A stretch of 64,000 nt of DNA from Trichoplax adhaerens (Eukaryota > Animalia > Placozoa). How positions within the stretch are numbered: the first letter of the stretch is position 1; the number at the start of each line of letters is the position of its first letter. This document shows, piece after piece, positions 50,651-62,413 of the stretch. The translations under genes were made by a program, and so were the position numbers. The stretch covers positions 920,975 through 984,974 of the forward strand of contig NW_002060964.1 in NCBI RefSeq assembly GCF_000150275.1, in the 5' to 3' direction. Below the pieces are notes generated by a model, which did no database searches, was not told the DNA's origin, and saw only the letters and a program-made list of their open reading frames with translations.

Positions 50651-53574
50651 ATGTCTTCTTTAAGGTACGCTATTTGATGGTATCCATTGGTTCAAATGCA
50701 TGTCGAAAGGCATCCTTGTTATTGCACACCAATCAATAGTGTTGGAAGAAAGAATTGGACGGTAGTCATGTAGTGGAAAATGCGCAGTAAAACAACAACA
50801 ACAGCGATCGGACATGACACTAGCTTAGAAAGCGTCTTTCTCAATCAGTCATTCCTGAATCAAGATAGTGTTACATATCCAAAGCGATTTGCTAAACAGT
50901 CTGTAGCATGTTATTGCAACCAGGAGGAACTTTACCCTCAACTTTTTACTGTCTTCATACTAAATAAAGGTGGCATCATGTTAGTTACAGTACAGTATTT
51001 CAAAATCGATCTCCACAAGACCACAGTCGGAATAGACTGCAGTAAGAGTGCTTTCGGTATTGATTGTTGCCATTTCTATCTTACTCCGAAATCATGAAAC
51101 TCACTTGTCCTTCAATAACTCGAGCATCATCACACCATAGATAGATACTTCATTGCATAGAACATACCATTTTGTCTACTACCAAAGATGGATCGCTTTC
51201 TACCCATGAATGACGTCGCTCCTGTGCTACTGTAGTAGATACTTACTGTAGTCTGCTTGATTGAATCAATTCACTTGCAGGAGCAAAACGGGATGACTGT
51301 TTCATTTGACACAAGTTAATTGACAACTTTTTTTATCACCCACAGAGCTCGAAAACAAATCGACTACAGCAAGTTTGATGTGGTAGAAGACGCCAGTGAT
51401 GGTAATGTACCTCCAACATATTTCATATTCAATATCAAACTTGTTTATCTACGGTATTGATGATCTCGATCTGGATCATCAATATGAACAACAGTCATCA
51501 ATGATAGTCTAGTCGGATTAATGTAGTTTACAACTGACTCAAATTGCTACCGTACTGTCTAATCCTATATATGGACATATCGAAAATCAGTCATGTAAAA
51601 GTGGATCAATTTTCTTTCTAGATGACTTTCAGGAAACGTCACAAGGTAAAAAAACAAAATCAACATCCCGCAAAGGGAAGGAAAAGAAGGAAACTCTATC
51701 GAAAAATGCTACACCAGCAACCAACAACTTAGCAAGCCCTAACAAACCTAGGTAATCGAGTACACTAACGCTAGAAAAAGGCTACAGTTGCGCTTCCAGG
51801 CTTCTATTATCTTTCAATCGTCGTTGATTGGTTCCATGGTCTTTCAACTCAGCACAGTGTGGCTTTAAACCTGTCTAGACTTACAGTATACGTATTAGCA
51901 ATACAGATGAACTTATTCGAATCGATGAAAGATTTAAATACCTTACGTAATTTCTGATTACTTGCATTGACTGTCGTCAATCTGTAGTGATAAAAAGCCT
52001 TATTATAATATTGAACCGTAATCCTGCCTTAAGTGGTTTGGATTAGGCCATCTATAGACAGCACAGTATTAGTAATATCGTGCTACTGTACTAAATTGAT
52101 CCAATTCAATCAAGTATTGGAAGCGATTGAAACAGTCATCAGTAAGCAAATGCAGCCTTTCACGGCCAGCGTTATCATCATGGATTACTAAAGTCAACAT
52201 TAACTTTATATTTGTAACTTTCGACAGATTATCGCGTTCCGAAAAAATGTTCCAGCGAGACTTGGAAGCGGCAATTAAAGCCTCTCAAGATTCAACAGGA
52301 GAAAGTAAAAATGAAAGTGGGGAATTAGTTTCGGAGAATTTAGAGGACGACGAAGAAGCAGCTGCTGACTCAGTTCACGAAGGTATTTTTTTTTACTGTT
52401 TTGCACTGTTGACAGACATTAGTTATAGATACAATATAGTTTGGAGCTTGAAGTGTAGAGTAAAATAGTAACGTCTCGTCAGCCGATAGTTTGCCCTTAC
52501 CGCTAATCTCGATATAAATTTTTGGGGGGGATTTTGATGACCAAAAGATGAAGCTAAGGAAGAGGAAGAAAGTGAAGAAGGCAAGGAATCTGATGAGAGC
52601 GAAGTTAAGCCGGTTAAGAAAGGTCGCAAAAGAGCTGCTACTGCTGCTGCTTCTACACCTGGACGACCGCGTAGGCAAGCAGCAGTCAAAAAAAGTAAGA
52701 AACAGATAGAAAGCGAAGACGAAGAAGGTAATCAACATCTGATTGAGATCTCTTTTCATAGCTAAAGCTTAATGTCAGCCACTGACGTTAGAGTTGCTTA
52801 CTTATTTATTACCGGTACTTAATGATTTTATTAATGGTTTTATGTTGTTGCTCAAACTTTCTTAAACAGATGATGACGATGATGAGAGTGCTTTCTCTGC
52901 TGAGGAAGAGGAAGAGGATGAAGACGATGAAGACAGCAGCAATAGCAGTGATATTAGCGAGGAATTCGTACCTCAGCCTAAAGGATCCAAGAAAAAGACG
53001 CCGGCTACGACTAAGAAAGGTAAAAAAGCAGCAGCAACCAACAATAAGCGTCAAAAAGTTACACCCCGTAAAGCTAAGCCTGCTGTCAAAAAAACTGCTA
53101 GCCCTAGAAAGATCAACCTCGATAAAATCAAACCAAATCGCCCTCGTCCTCGATGGAATGTTACTGGTAAGTGCTATTCAGCAATTTTTATAAAACTGTT
53201 AAAAAGCAATGAATCTTACTACGTATTCATGAACCTATCACATAAACCAGTTGTAAATAAGGCAGACAATACTCCCGGTAAGAAGGGGCGAAGTATTGGT
53301 AAATCTGGAAGAAAGAGTCTTGGAATGTCAAGAAGTTCTTCTACATGTAAGACACATGAAGGCTATGCTTTTCTCGTCCATTTCAATTTTGTACACATTT
53401 TATTTATTGCTGCTTTTGAATAATTATTAATTTGTAGCCAACTCCGGACTGGGAAGTACTCCTCTGCCATCCCCAGGTTCCGTTGCAAGTCCCTCAGCAG
53501 CGGTAGTTCGAATCGGTTTATCCAAAAAGCAGTCTGTAAAGCCGCTGCATCCAAGCGCTAATAATAGCAAATGA
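50651..53574 (+). CDS. RAD51AP1: RAD51-associated protein 1 (RAD51AP1/NUCKS family)
   Basis: Exons 50651-50664 (ccaccATG; MSSLR), 51346-51401 (ARKQIDYSKFDVVEDASD, cf. RHKKPVNYSQF), 51622-51751, 52228-52382 (RLSRSEKMFQRDLEAAIKAS, cf. LYQRDLEVALALS), 52548-52727, 52870-53166 (acidic and Lys-rich, PRWNV), ~53251/53266-53346, 53438-53574 (VRIGLSKKQSVKPLHPSA, cf. the RAD51-interacting LRLGLSRLARVKPLHP). Confidence 0.88.
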
Positions 53575-54727
53575 TCCAACCTCTCGTATTTTGTGATGGC
53601 TATTGCTCATCTTGTAGCACTGGAAGTCTAAATGTGCTGATTGCATTTTTTAGTAATTTTCTATTTCTACTTTCCATGGTTTATTTAATATTTAGTATCA
53701 TACTGTATCATTTTTATCACGCTATATCAGCTACATTTAGCTAATTAATGATATCCGGAAGCAAGAGTTTTAATTGTTCATCATCGTCCTCATAGTGAAG
53801 CCTTATATGTTGGTTTCATGTAAATATTGTATAGACATAGTAAATAAAATTCCAGCATATAAATCATATATTGACTCGGTGCATCCTTGTATATATAATT
53901 TTATACTGTAATTCTTTTGCGTTGGCTCAAGTTTGATTGAGGCACTGGTCTGTCAGTACTTTACTGCAGAAAATATATAGAAATACTGTGTCTTTTAAGG
54001 TAAGATACCGATATGTTTAATATAGGCATCTGTTTTCTGGTTTAAATGACTCACGCAATCTAAGTTCGTAATAGTTATAACCGACATGATATGATAGCAT
54101 TCACGTGTGATATCTACGTACGCGTAGTGCGTTTCGAAGTGCTGTAAGACTAGTTGTGTGAGTCCAGTTCGTAAATTGTCAACTGATTATATGTAATATG
54201 TATAAATATTAACGCTCGTGTAGTATTCGAAAAAGTATGCAAATTCGTATCTTCGAATTGGATCCGTATTTGCATCCATTTTAGTAATACTGTCTTCCAC
54301 ACCTCAGACGGCCTATTTCGTACTATAGATCGAGTGTCGATAAGACGACAACAGTCATTCTGAATACTTTTTCTAGACTCTAGACCAGTATCGATTCAAG
54401 ATATTAAAGAACATATGCACTAATTTACTGGGACATAATTGCGTCACACAAAATCGAGCAAACAGAGATGAGGTGTCATCATTCTTGATCGGGACCGGAT
54501 ACCCTTCGCCGATTTGTTTGCTCGTTGATGTAAGCGGGTGCGGCCTGCGTTACTGCTGTAGAATTCGCGTTATTTGCTCTTACTGTTTATAAAATACTGT
54601 ACTGCAAATGAACCAATATCTATCAATACTAATTCCTGTACTTGATCCAACCATTGGTCCACAGTGCTTCTGAAAGACTACAGTATTCCGTGAAGTGATG
54701 ACGCAATATTGACATCAACTACTGTTC

Positions 54728-55350
54728 TACAAGTCCTATAACATCAAGCAATGTGCTGGCCTGTTATGTTGATGTATGCAAGGGATCATTTTTTCTTCCG
54801 TAGTCCCTCGATATACTTACTATATGTCGCATCGTATACAGTGTTCTTGTGCAGAGTCTGTATTGCTACTAGTGCATTGCATAATAATAACATTGCCAAT
54901 GAACTTGGCTGCTATCCTTCTACCATTGCTTTCACTCAGGACAAGCTGCGTTGATGTAGGCAAGGGGTCATTTTTTCTTCAGCAGTTCCTTGATATACTG
55001 TATATTGTATCTGTATTGTTACCAGTGCATTGTATAACAACATTGTAAATGAACTTGGCTGCTAGCCTTCTACCATTGCTTCTACTCAAGATAGGCGAGT
55101 GCAGGTTCCATTCATATCCACTGCTGTAATGCAAGTCCTACAACATCAAGCAAAATGCTAGTTATATTGATGTAGGCCGGGAGTCATTGTTTTCTTCCAT
55201 AGTCACTTGATATACTGTCTATTGCATACTATACAGTGTTCCTGTGCAGAATCAGTATTTCTACTAGTGCATTGCCTACTAACATTGCCAATCAACTTGG
55301 CTGCTAGCCTTCTACCATCAAATTAGTTCTTCTGCACTCAGGACAAGAGA
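54728..55350. repeat. Three degenerate tandem copies of a ~150-220 bp non-coding unit
   Basis: Shared blocks ttgatgta.gc..ggg.tcatt..tttcttc, agtgcattg and aacttggctgcta.ccttctaccat recur at ~54728-54950, 54951-55095 and 55131-55350. Confidence 0.85.
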
Positions 55351-55661
55351 GTGGAGACGAATCACAAATCAAACCTTCAGAGATTTTATCAAACCACAGT
55401 CCTGTACAGACCTGACTATCACCACTGATTCATCAGTACGAAGTTAATACTAATTCCTATTACAGCATGGTATTGGCACCACAGTAGGATACAGCACAGT
55501 ACAATGCACTGTGTTGAGTACAGTGGGTGGACTGTAGCACTTTCCTCTAACGGCCAAAGCAGCAGCCGGTATATCCCCTTTTAAATTAGCCAGTGGATGG
55601 CGATGGTGGTCCTCCGCAAGCTGCAATCCTTCATCGTCGCTTGCTTGTAAAATAATCCAAA

Positions 55662-58400
55662 ATGGTTCGAGCGATTTTATTATCCATTCTACGAGCGCCG
55701 TATTATCCACCAGCCTCACAAAAAGGTTTATGGGGCGGTGAAGGAGTGGTTAGTGGCTATTATACGACCAAGCGTAGAAAGCATAAGTAAGTAGCGTCCA
55801 GCACCATGTGCTACTTTATTAGGCTGGGGAGAAGGGTCCATTCTTGCTAATGGACATCTTTCCTCAGCTTGTTCATGCCTATTTCTAAAGTGAAGCTGTC
55901 TAGGGTTAACAAGATTCACTATAGTACTGTCAATCTTCAGTCCTACCCTACTTGTTACTGTAATCACTCACAACGGTCTATTCTATCCTGCTGTTTAGAA
56001 TACATTCAGATAGCAAGAAGCGTAGTATAGCACCATCTTGCAATTGCTGTAAAGCTGAGCTGCCTTGTTTGACCTACAGTAGCCATAATAGACATCGATC
56101 TCGAAATGTTCTCATCACAGAAATGACACATCTGTACAGTATTCGTCAGTAGAATGGTTCTATACCGTCAAGGAGATAGATGTTTAACGCTGTAGACTAG
56201 CTAGAACGACCTGCTGTAATAGTCAATTTTGTTCGTGAATAGTACGCCAATGCATGAGAAAAATCAGTCGACAACCACCTCGGAAAATAGAATGTCTGCA
56301 CACTATTGACCAGTTTAAACACTATTCATGCATAGTAATTCATAAAGTTAGCTCAAACAGTTCGCTGCCATTCTTGATGCACGTACAGCATCATAGTGTG
56401 ATAAGTATCTACAAATGGCGTTTCTCTACAATATTGACCAGTAGAATAGTTATCGATCGTCAAGAATAATCAAGACAGCGCTAGACGTTCACTACTTGTT
56501 TGAGTAATCATGGCGATAAGCATAGTAATTCGTTATGTTAGCAAGTGTGGATAAGACCAGATTAGAAAATCTCACGGAATGAAACATTTATAGTGAAAGA
56601 TTATTGGAGACAACATTTGATATGAACAATAACTACCCCTTAATTAGTCCTTCAGAATGGAATTCAATCCATGCCTAGTAATGCATTAAGTTAGCAAGAT
56701 TTGCGTAGCACCAGCTTAGAAAATTCCATCGCGGAAATGACAAGCTTACATAATCACGACAATCCTGTACATTAGCGATCACTGTCTGCTTGAGTAGTCA
56801 ATCAGAACGGCCATTCCATCTATCTATGCATAGTCCAGTATTCACCATGTTAGCAGGAAGAGCATGCAGTTAACAGCGATGCCTGATTCATGCATACTGT
56901 TTCCATGTATCCAACAATCCTCCTACCATGGAAATGACCTAACTGTACGAAGATTTACTACCCGTATACGCGTACACCGTCAAGAATAGGAAATACCACG
57001 TTGTACATCAACTTTGACCGTCTGCAAGAGTAATTATCACAGCGATAAATTTTACCCATAATTAGTATAGTCATTCTTTCTGTTAACATACTCTCGTATA
57101 AAGTTTACTGTAGGGCTAGCTTAAGCAATCCCCCAATTGACTGTACCATCCTATCTTCTCCTGACATCAATAATTAAGTGATCAAGCAAAATTGTTTCGC
57201 TCACGCAATTATTAGATACCATTTCAGTCGTTACATGTGATACGAGAACAGACGCATTCGTCCATTTTACATTACTAATTCTGCTAAATAGCTCTGTTGA
57301 TTAATGCGATCTAGACAAGTACTTATGCTACCAAGTGATAGTGCCATATCGAATAAAGCACAGTGCTAATTAACACATCATCAATGCAAGTTCACGCTCC
57401 AATTCAAGATGCTGATGAATACGAGCTATTTAAAAGTGGTACTAGAACAAGTCTATACTGTATATTATCAAATGACCAGCTAGTGCGATGCAGAATAAAC
57501 ATAGTGTTAATGAAAACACCATCAATGCAAGTTCAGGTTACTAATCAAGATGAAACATGCTATTCTTGTCATTCTACCAATGGCTTAGGCTATTCAGTAC
57601 CGAGAGAGAGGCAGTATTTGTAGTGGACTATGCAACATTCGTCTACAAATGACAAAGCTATAAACAATTGTTTGATACAATAATATTGATGTTGACTCGA
57701 TCTGGTGTGCAATAGATTTCACCAATAAATAATCGATGAATTTTTTGATCATTTTTCAAGGATTAAACGCAAATGGCATCCCAACGTCCAAACAATGAAA
57801 CTGTTTAGTGATATCCTGGATCAGACGCTTCGAGTCCCAACTACCATGTCTGCTTTAAAACAAATAGAACGAGCTGGCAGTCTAGATAATTACATCTTGC
57901 GTACACCTGATAAACAATTAAACTCAGAATTTGCCTTTGATCTACGTAAAAAGATCCTATCTAGAGTCATATACCTTAAAAAGAGAGATATCCGAAAGTA
58001 TCAAAAAGCCATGGACAATTTACAGCGTAAACGAGATGCATATCAGTTCAATCTAACACTTGCTATAGAAGAGGAACCAACTAAAGCCTTTAAAGAGCAA
58101 AAATTACAAATTAGAGAAATTAAAAATGAAATGAATGAAATTAAAAAGAATATCGGTATTTGTGAATGGGAGATTTTAGATGCTAAACGTAGATCAGTAA
58201 CAGAGAAAGAGAAATATTTAAGAAAGAAAGCACAAAAATTCTGGATGGAGAAAGCACGTAAGAAGCAATTAAAACAAGCTGCACATGCTAGAGCGGTAGC
58301 TCGCGCACAAGAAAGCCTTGAAGACGAAGACGAAGAGTCTGCTGAGCCTGAAAGGAAAGGAGTTTGGAATTGGATTAAATCTATCTTTAGCAGAAAGTGA
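55662..58400 (+). CDS. MRPL28: Mitochondrial ribosomal protein L28 (bL28m) with a C-terminal charged/coiled-coil extension
   Basis: Exon 55662-55786 (MVRAILLSILRAPYYPPASQKGLWGGEGVVSGYYTTKRRKH, cf. PPESQRGLWGGEG) splices in phase 2 (AA|GTAAGT ... tttcaag|G) to exon 57761-58400 (KIKRKWHPNVQTMKLFSDILDQTLRVPTTMSALKQIERAGSLDNYILRT), giving the bL28 signature. Confidence 0.9.
56320..57560. repeat. Degenerate local duplications within the MRPL28 intron
   Basis: The motif gc.tagt....a...gttagc recurs at ~56330, 56520, 56672 and 56827. A separate ~135-bp dimer with shared core catcaatgcaagttca.g.t.c.aa(t)tcaagatg lies at ~57316-57415 and ~57448-57557. Confidence 0.6.
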
Positions 58401-60055
58401 CCTGGCATATCACCGTTGAACTATGACTAGAACGGAAAAATTTCAATTCTGTGTAAATATATTTGCGGTAGTTTGTACTCATTTCATTCTAAAAAATACT
58501 TATTGTAGTACATGACATTGTAATGTTTTTTATGGCCAATATCTTAACGCTGGGAATTCTAATATAATGCATGGATTTTATGTTATCGTCCATATCTAAT
58601 TATAAGCAAGAATAAATTGATATTTTGCAATTTTATGCTTCCAGCACCGTTCAATAAAATGAGGTGTTACTACAGTTGTCAAGTAGTTTTCTCTGATCGT
58701 CATCATCATAAAATAATGATTACACCATTGAATCATGATGCAGCTAAGCCCATGACTTATCATCATCTACACTCGGCTATTTTACGGTAGACAGTTCCAA
58801 TAAGTATGATGATGATGAAATAATGTTTACGCTATTTTCTCAGGAGCAATGACAATTATTAATTGTATCATTAGAAGAGAAATTAAGGTTGGAAAAATCA
58901 TGTTACATAAATGCCGATTGCAGTTGATTGCAATACAAACTAATGTTAGTCTGTCGATCTGTGATGAAATCCAGCTCAATTACTTGGAAATGAGGGACGC
59001 CAGAGGTTCGGTTAAATATGTTGATAAATTCTTCAAATTGGAGTTACAAATAGCCTACAATGCACCAGTCTTACCTTCTAAAGTGCATAAGATCCAAAGG
59101 ATCAAGTTCAACTTCAGCTCGGAAATGGAGCAATGCTATGATTATAATATAGCGGTCTGCAGAACTACCTCACCGCAAAAGAGTACTCTACCGTTGGGTA
59201 GTGATATTGTCGTAGCTGCTAGCTTCGATAATAGTTTATAATTTACAGAGAAAGCCAGTTGTGGACTCATCTTCTCCATGACTACTGTCTCCATGGTATT
59301 ACTTCCTTCTACAGTATCTAGTCGGCAGAAACACATACGAAGGCCTAAGATCCTTGATTAGATCCCCAAATCATCTCGCATTAGCTGATGTGGATAATTC
59401 TATAAAGTTGTAAACTGTCCTTTAGAAATCTAAACTTGTCCTATTAAGAGATCAAGACTTTAACTCGTGGTCAATAGTGTGAAAACCTGAGATCCATCTG
59501 GAACGTATGCGTCCTTAATGACCTCATTCAGAACAGAAATGGTGGAAAGGTAACCCTTGTATTTTAGCTTACATGCCAAGAATAGATTAATCTATGATTT
59601 TTAAACGTTTTTAAGGATAGGAAATGATCCACTAAAAGGTTTTTAACCTTTTCTAGTGAAATAGAAATGATAATAGATACTGTCATGTTTTCCAGCCCTT
59701 TTTAGTGGATGACAGTTCTGCAAGTTGGATTTCTAGCCATGAAAGACTGCTTAATTAAAGCATGAGCTATTTAGTTGGCGTATAACTAGCATTGCTAGTG
59801 GACAATTGCTATACTGTACAAGTAGAAATGGAATACTGTACGCGTAGTTCAACCCTTGTTGGCCACGTGTTGGCCAATCGTTTCAACATGGAGCCATTTT
59901 TAGAAGAGGGTTAACGATATCCAGACGTACTAATTTAGTCCTCTGTGAATGGATTGCGTAGCGAAAGATACACGTAGATTAACACTAGCGTTTAATTGAA
60001 ACATTTGAAAGCATTCTTTGATATATTTTATACTTACAGATCGGAGAAAACTGTT

Positions 60056-62413
60056 ATGGAGTCGTTCGATGGACTGGATGATTTATTTTCCAAATTGTCA
60101 TTGGAATCTTTAAATGCTCCATTCAAATCATCAACACAAGATACCAAGAGCAATAAACTAAGACAAGATGGAAGCTTACTGGATAAAAAGAATCCATTGG
60201 ATATTAATAATCAGCCAATTAATCAAGATAGCGTCAATCAAAGTAAAAAGCAAAACTTGACAAATCTAGAAGTCATGTCGCCATTACAGCAAAAATGTTT
60301 TATTAAAACGGTTCCTTTTGAATCATTCCAAGTTGGAAGCAACATCAAAATTGAGGTCTTAGCTGTTATAAATCCCAATTACTTTTTTGTTCGCGATAGA
60401 GCACAAATGAATGAAGAAATGAAGACCAGTTATCAACAGTTACAAGCTAAAATGAAGAAACTCTATCAACAATTTTTGCCAAGGAAACAGACATGGTATT
60501 GCGGCGATATAGGTGTTGCACGTTTAAAAATAGATGGCGAATGGCATCGAGTAATGCTGGATACTATAGGAAAAACACACGCTGAAGTACATTGCATTGA
60601 TACTGGCTACTATCAACAAGTATCATTAAAAGATTGCTTTCCTTTATATTCGTGTCTTGCAAGCCGAAAGGCAATGGCTGTAGCTTGTAGCTTAGACAAC
60701 GTGGATTACTCACCTTGCTTGCAATACTGGCCGATGGATGTTACTCAATTATTCTCTTCTTGGTTAAAAAGTCATCATGTTACCATGAAAGTATCGTCAA
60801 GGCAAGATGATATCCATTTTGTTCAGATTGAATTTTACCAGTTAACGGAATGTTTTCATGCTAATACAGAATTGCTTAAATGCAAATGGGCTATTACAAG
60901 GTGCAACCATTTGCAAAGTCAATCAGCTCGTCATCGGATACATCACTATCAACGTATTCTGCGAGAGTCGCAAGCCTGTTCGGTTCCATTAATTTCTATT
61001 CCTCGTAAGAAATGGATCGATGTTTATGCTACAGCTATTGTCAGTCCAAGTTTATTTTGGCTCAAATTCTCGCATAATACTAAAGCTAGCGATGATCATT
61101 CGTATAAACCGCATGCTAACACTATTGCTAAGAAAAATTGTGAAGTTGGCTGCGTTTTTTTAATTCGTAACAAGAATGGAACTTATTTTCGTGGACAACT
61201 TAAGTGCTTATTAATGTATGATTATGCTTTAGTACAAGATATCGATTCTGCAATTGTTTCAAAGGTTATGTTAAAAGGAAATTTAATCAAATTATCCAAT
61301 GCGCAAAAACGATTACCAGCTACTGCTGTCCAATGTTACCTCGATCTTGTCAACGGTGATCGTGAGATGAATTGGAGTAGTTCCATTCTACATCAATTTA
61401 CGTCAGCTGTAAATGCAGGCAAATTAAAGGCTTTATTCCATCCTCAAGCTACCGATATACATGGTATAAAATTGCATCAAATGAAGCAAACGGATTGCAT
61501 CGATATTAATCGGATAATAGAACAAGCACTTATTGAGAAAGATGCTATGGATATAAGTAACAACGATGAAAATTTACCCATAATGAATGATAATATACAT
61601 AGTTTGGATAGTTCAGTTTGCAATTTAAAGCAACATACACCCTACCTAGATACATTAACCTTAAACAGTTCGAAATCGATCGATTTAACATCAGCTAAGA
61701 AGATGGGACAGCATGGAAATCGGCCGAGTGATCCTTCAAAAAAACGACTGGAATGTTTCTCTAGCTTAAAATCATCTCCAATAGCCAAACCGAAGGACAA
61801 ATTATCACGCGATGTCAATAATACAAGTAGTCAGCGGAATAAATGTATGAAGGATACATTGGAAAATGGCAAACAACACTCTAAAATTTACAGCAATTAT
61901 CCAAATTCACCAAATTATAATCACTCACAACGACCATCTGATCTCATGAATTCATATACAAGATTGCCTTCGATGGATTATTCTATGCCACACAGTAGAT
62001 TTACAAATTGCCACCAATTAAATTGGAACGAATATTATTACCAACATCATAACGGTTATCATTATCGACCATTGGAATATAATTATTCCAGACTAGCATG
62101 TTTAGAGAGACCAGCTCGACAGCCGTATGCAGGATATAGGACTCCATTGGATGAAAGATGTAGCAATTATCCCTTGCGACAAGGTATGGTAAGAGAATCG
62201 AATAATTCTGATTTAAGATGGATAACTCCTCCATACCCGGAAAGTGGTTATCCAATGGCAAATAATCCACAATTCCGATACCATCGATTTCAACACCCGA
62301 GTCCTCACTGGATGATGACCAGGCCTCATCAGCCTGCCTGGCCTAGACCTCAGTTAGGAATGCATCCCCATTTTCCTCCTAACCCGCCAAGAGCAAGAGA
62401 TTTCAGTAGGTAA
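60056..62413 (+). CDS. Two-Tudor-domain (extended Tudor/TDRD-like) protein with a C-terminal Y/P/R/H-rich low-complexity region; single coding exon
   Basis: The first in-frame ATG after the acceptor tacttacag (60039) is at 60056 (785 aa). Tudor 1: IEVLAVINPNYFFV...WYCGDIGVARLKIDGEWHRV...VHCIDTG...AMAVACSL...WP. Tudor 2: VYATAIVSPSLFWL...NGTYFRG...VQDIDSA...LPATAVQCYL...WS. The tail is rich in N/Y/H/P/R. An upstream exon cannot be excluded. Confidence 0.82.
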   Translation: MESFDGLDDLFSKLSLESLNAPFKSSTQDTKSNKLRQDGSLLDKKNPLDINNQPINQDSVNQSKKQNLTNLEVMSPLQQKCFIKTVPFESFQVGSNIKIEVLAVINPNYFFVRDRAQMNEEMKTSYQQLQAKMKKLYQQFLPRKQTWYCGDIGVARLKIDGEWHRVMLDTIGKTHAEVHCIDTGYYQQVSLKDCFPLYSCLASRKAMAVACSLDNVDYSPCLQYWPMDVTQLFSSWLKSHHVTMKVSSRQDDIHFVQIEFYQLTECFHANTELLKCKWAITRCNHLQSQSARHRIHHYQRILRESQACSVPLISIPRKKWIDVYATAIVSPSLFWLKFSHNTKASDDHSYKPHANTIAKKNCEVGCVFLIRNKNGTYFRGQLKCLLMYDYALVQDIDSAIVSKVMLKGNLIKLSNAQKRLPATAVQCYLDLVNGDREMNWSSSILHQFTSAVNAGKLKALFHPQATDIHGIKLHQMKQTDCIDINRIIEQALIEKDAMDISNNDENLPIMNDNIHSLDSSVCNLKQHTPYLDTLTLNSSKSIDLTSAKKMGQHGNRPSDPSKKRLECFSSLKSSPIAKPKDKLSRDVNNTSSQRNKCMKDTLENGKQHSKIYSNYPNSPNYNHSQRPSDLMNSYTRLPSMDYSMPHSRFTNCHQLNWNEYYYQHHNGYHYRPLEYNYSRLACLERPARQPYAGYRTPLDERCSNYPLRQGMVRESNNSDLRWITPPYPESGYPMANNPQFRYHRFQHPSPHWMMTRPHQPAWPRPQLGMHPHFPPNPPRARDFSR

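Noticed and set aside
52822-53193. Basic K/R-rich 123-aa ORF
   Set aside because: It is an alternative frame of the acidic RAD51AP1 exon 52870-53166.
55450-55719. Minus-strand ORF starting VRLVDNTALVEWIIKSLEPF, reminiscent of the RBM26/27 PWI N-terminus
   Set aside because: It has no ATG, no donor site after LEP and no downstream CDADP-like exon, and it overlaps the well-supported MRPL28 exon 1 on the opposite strand; probably coincidence.
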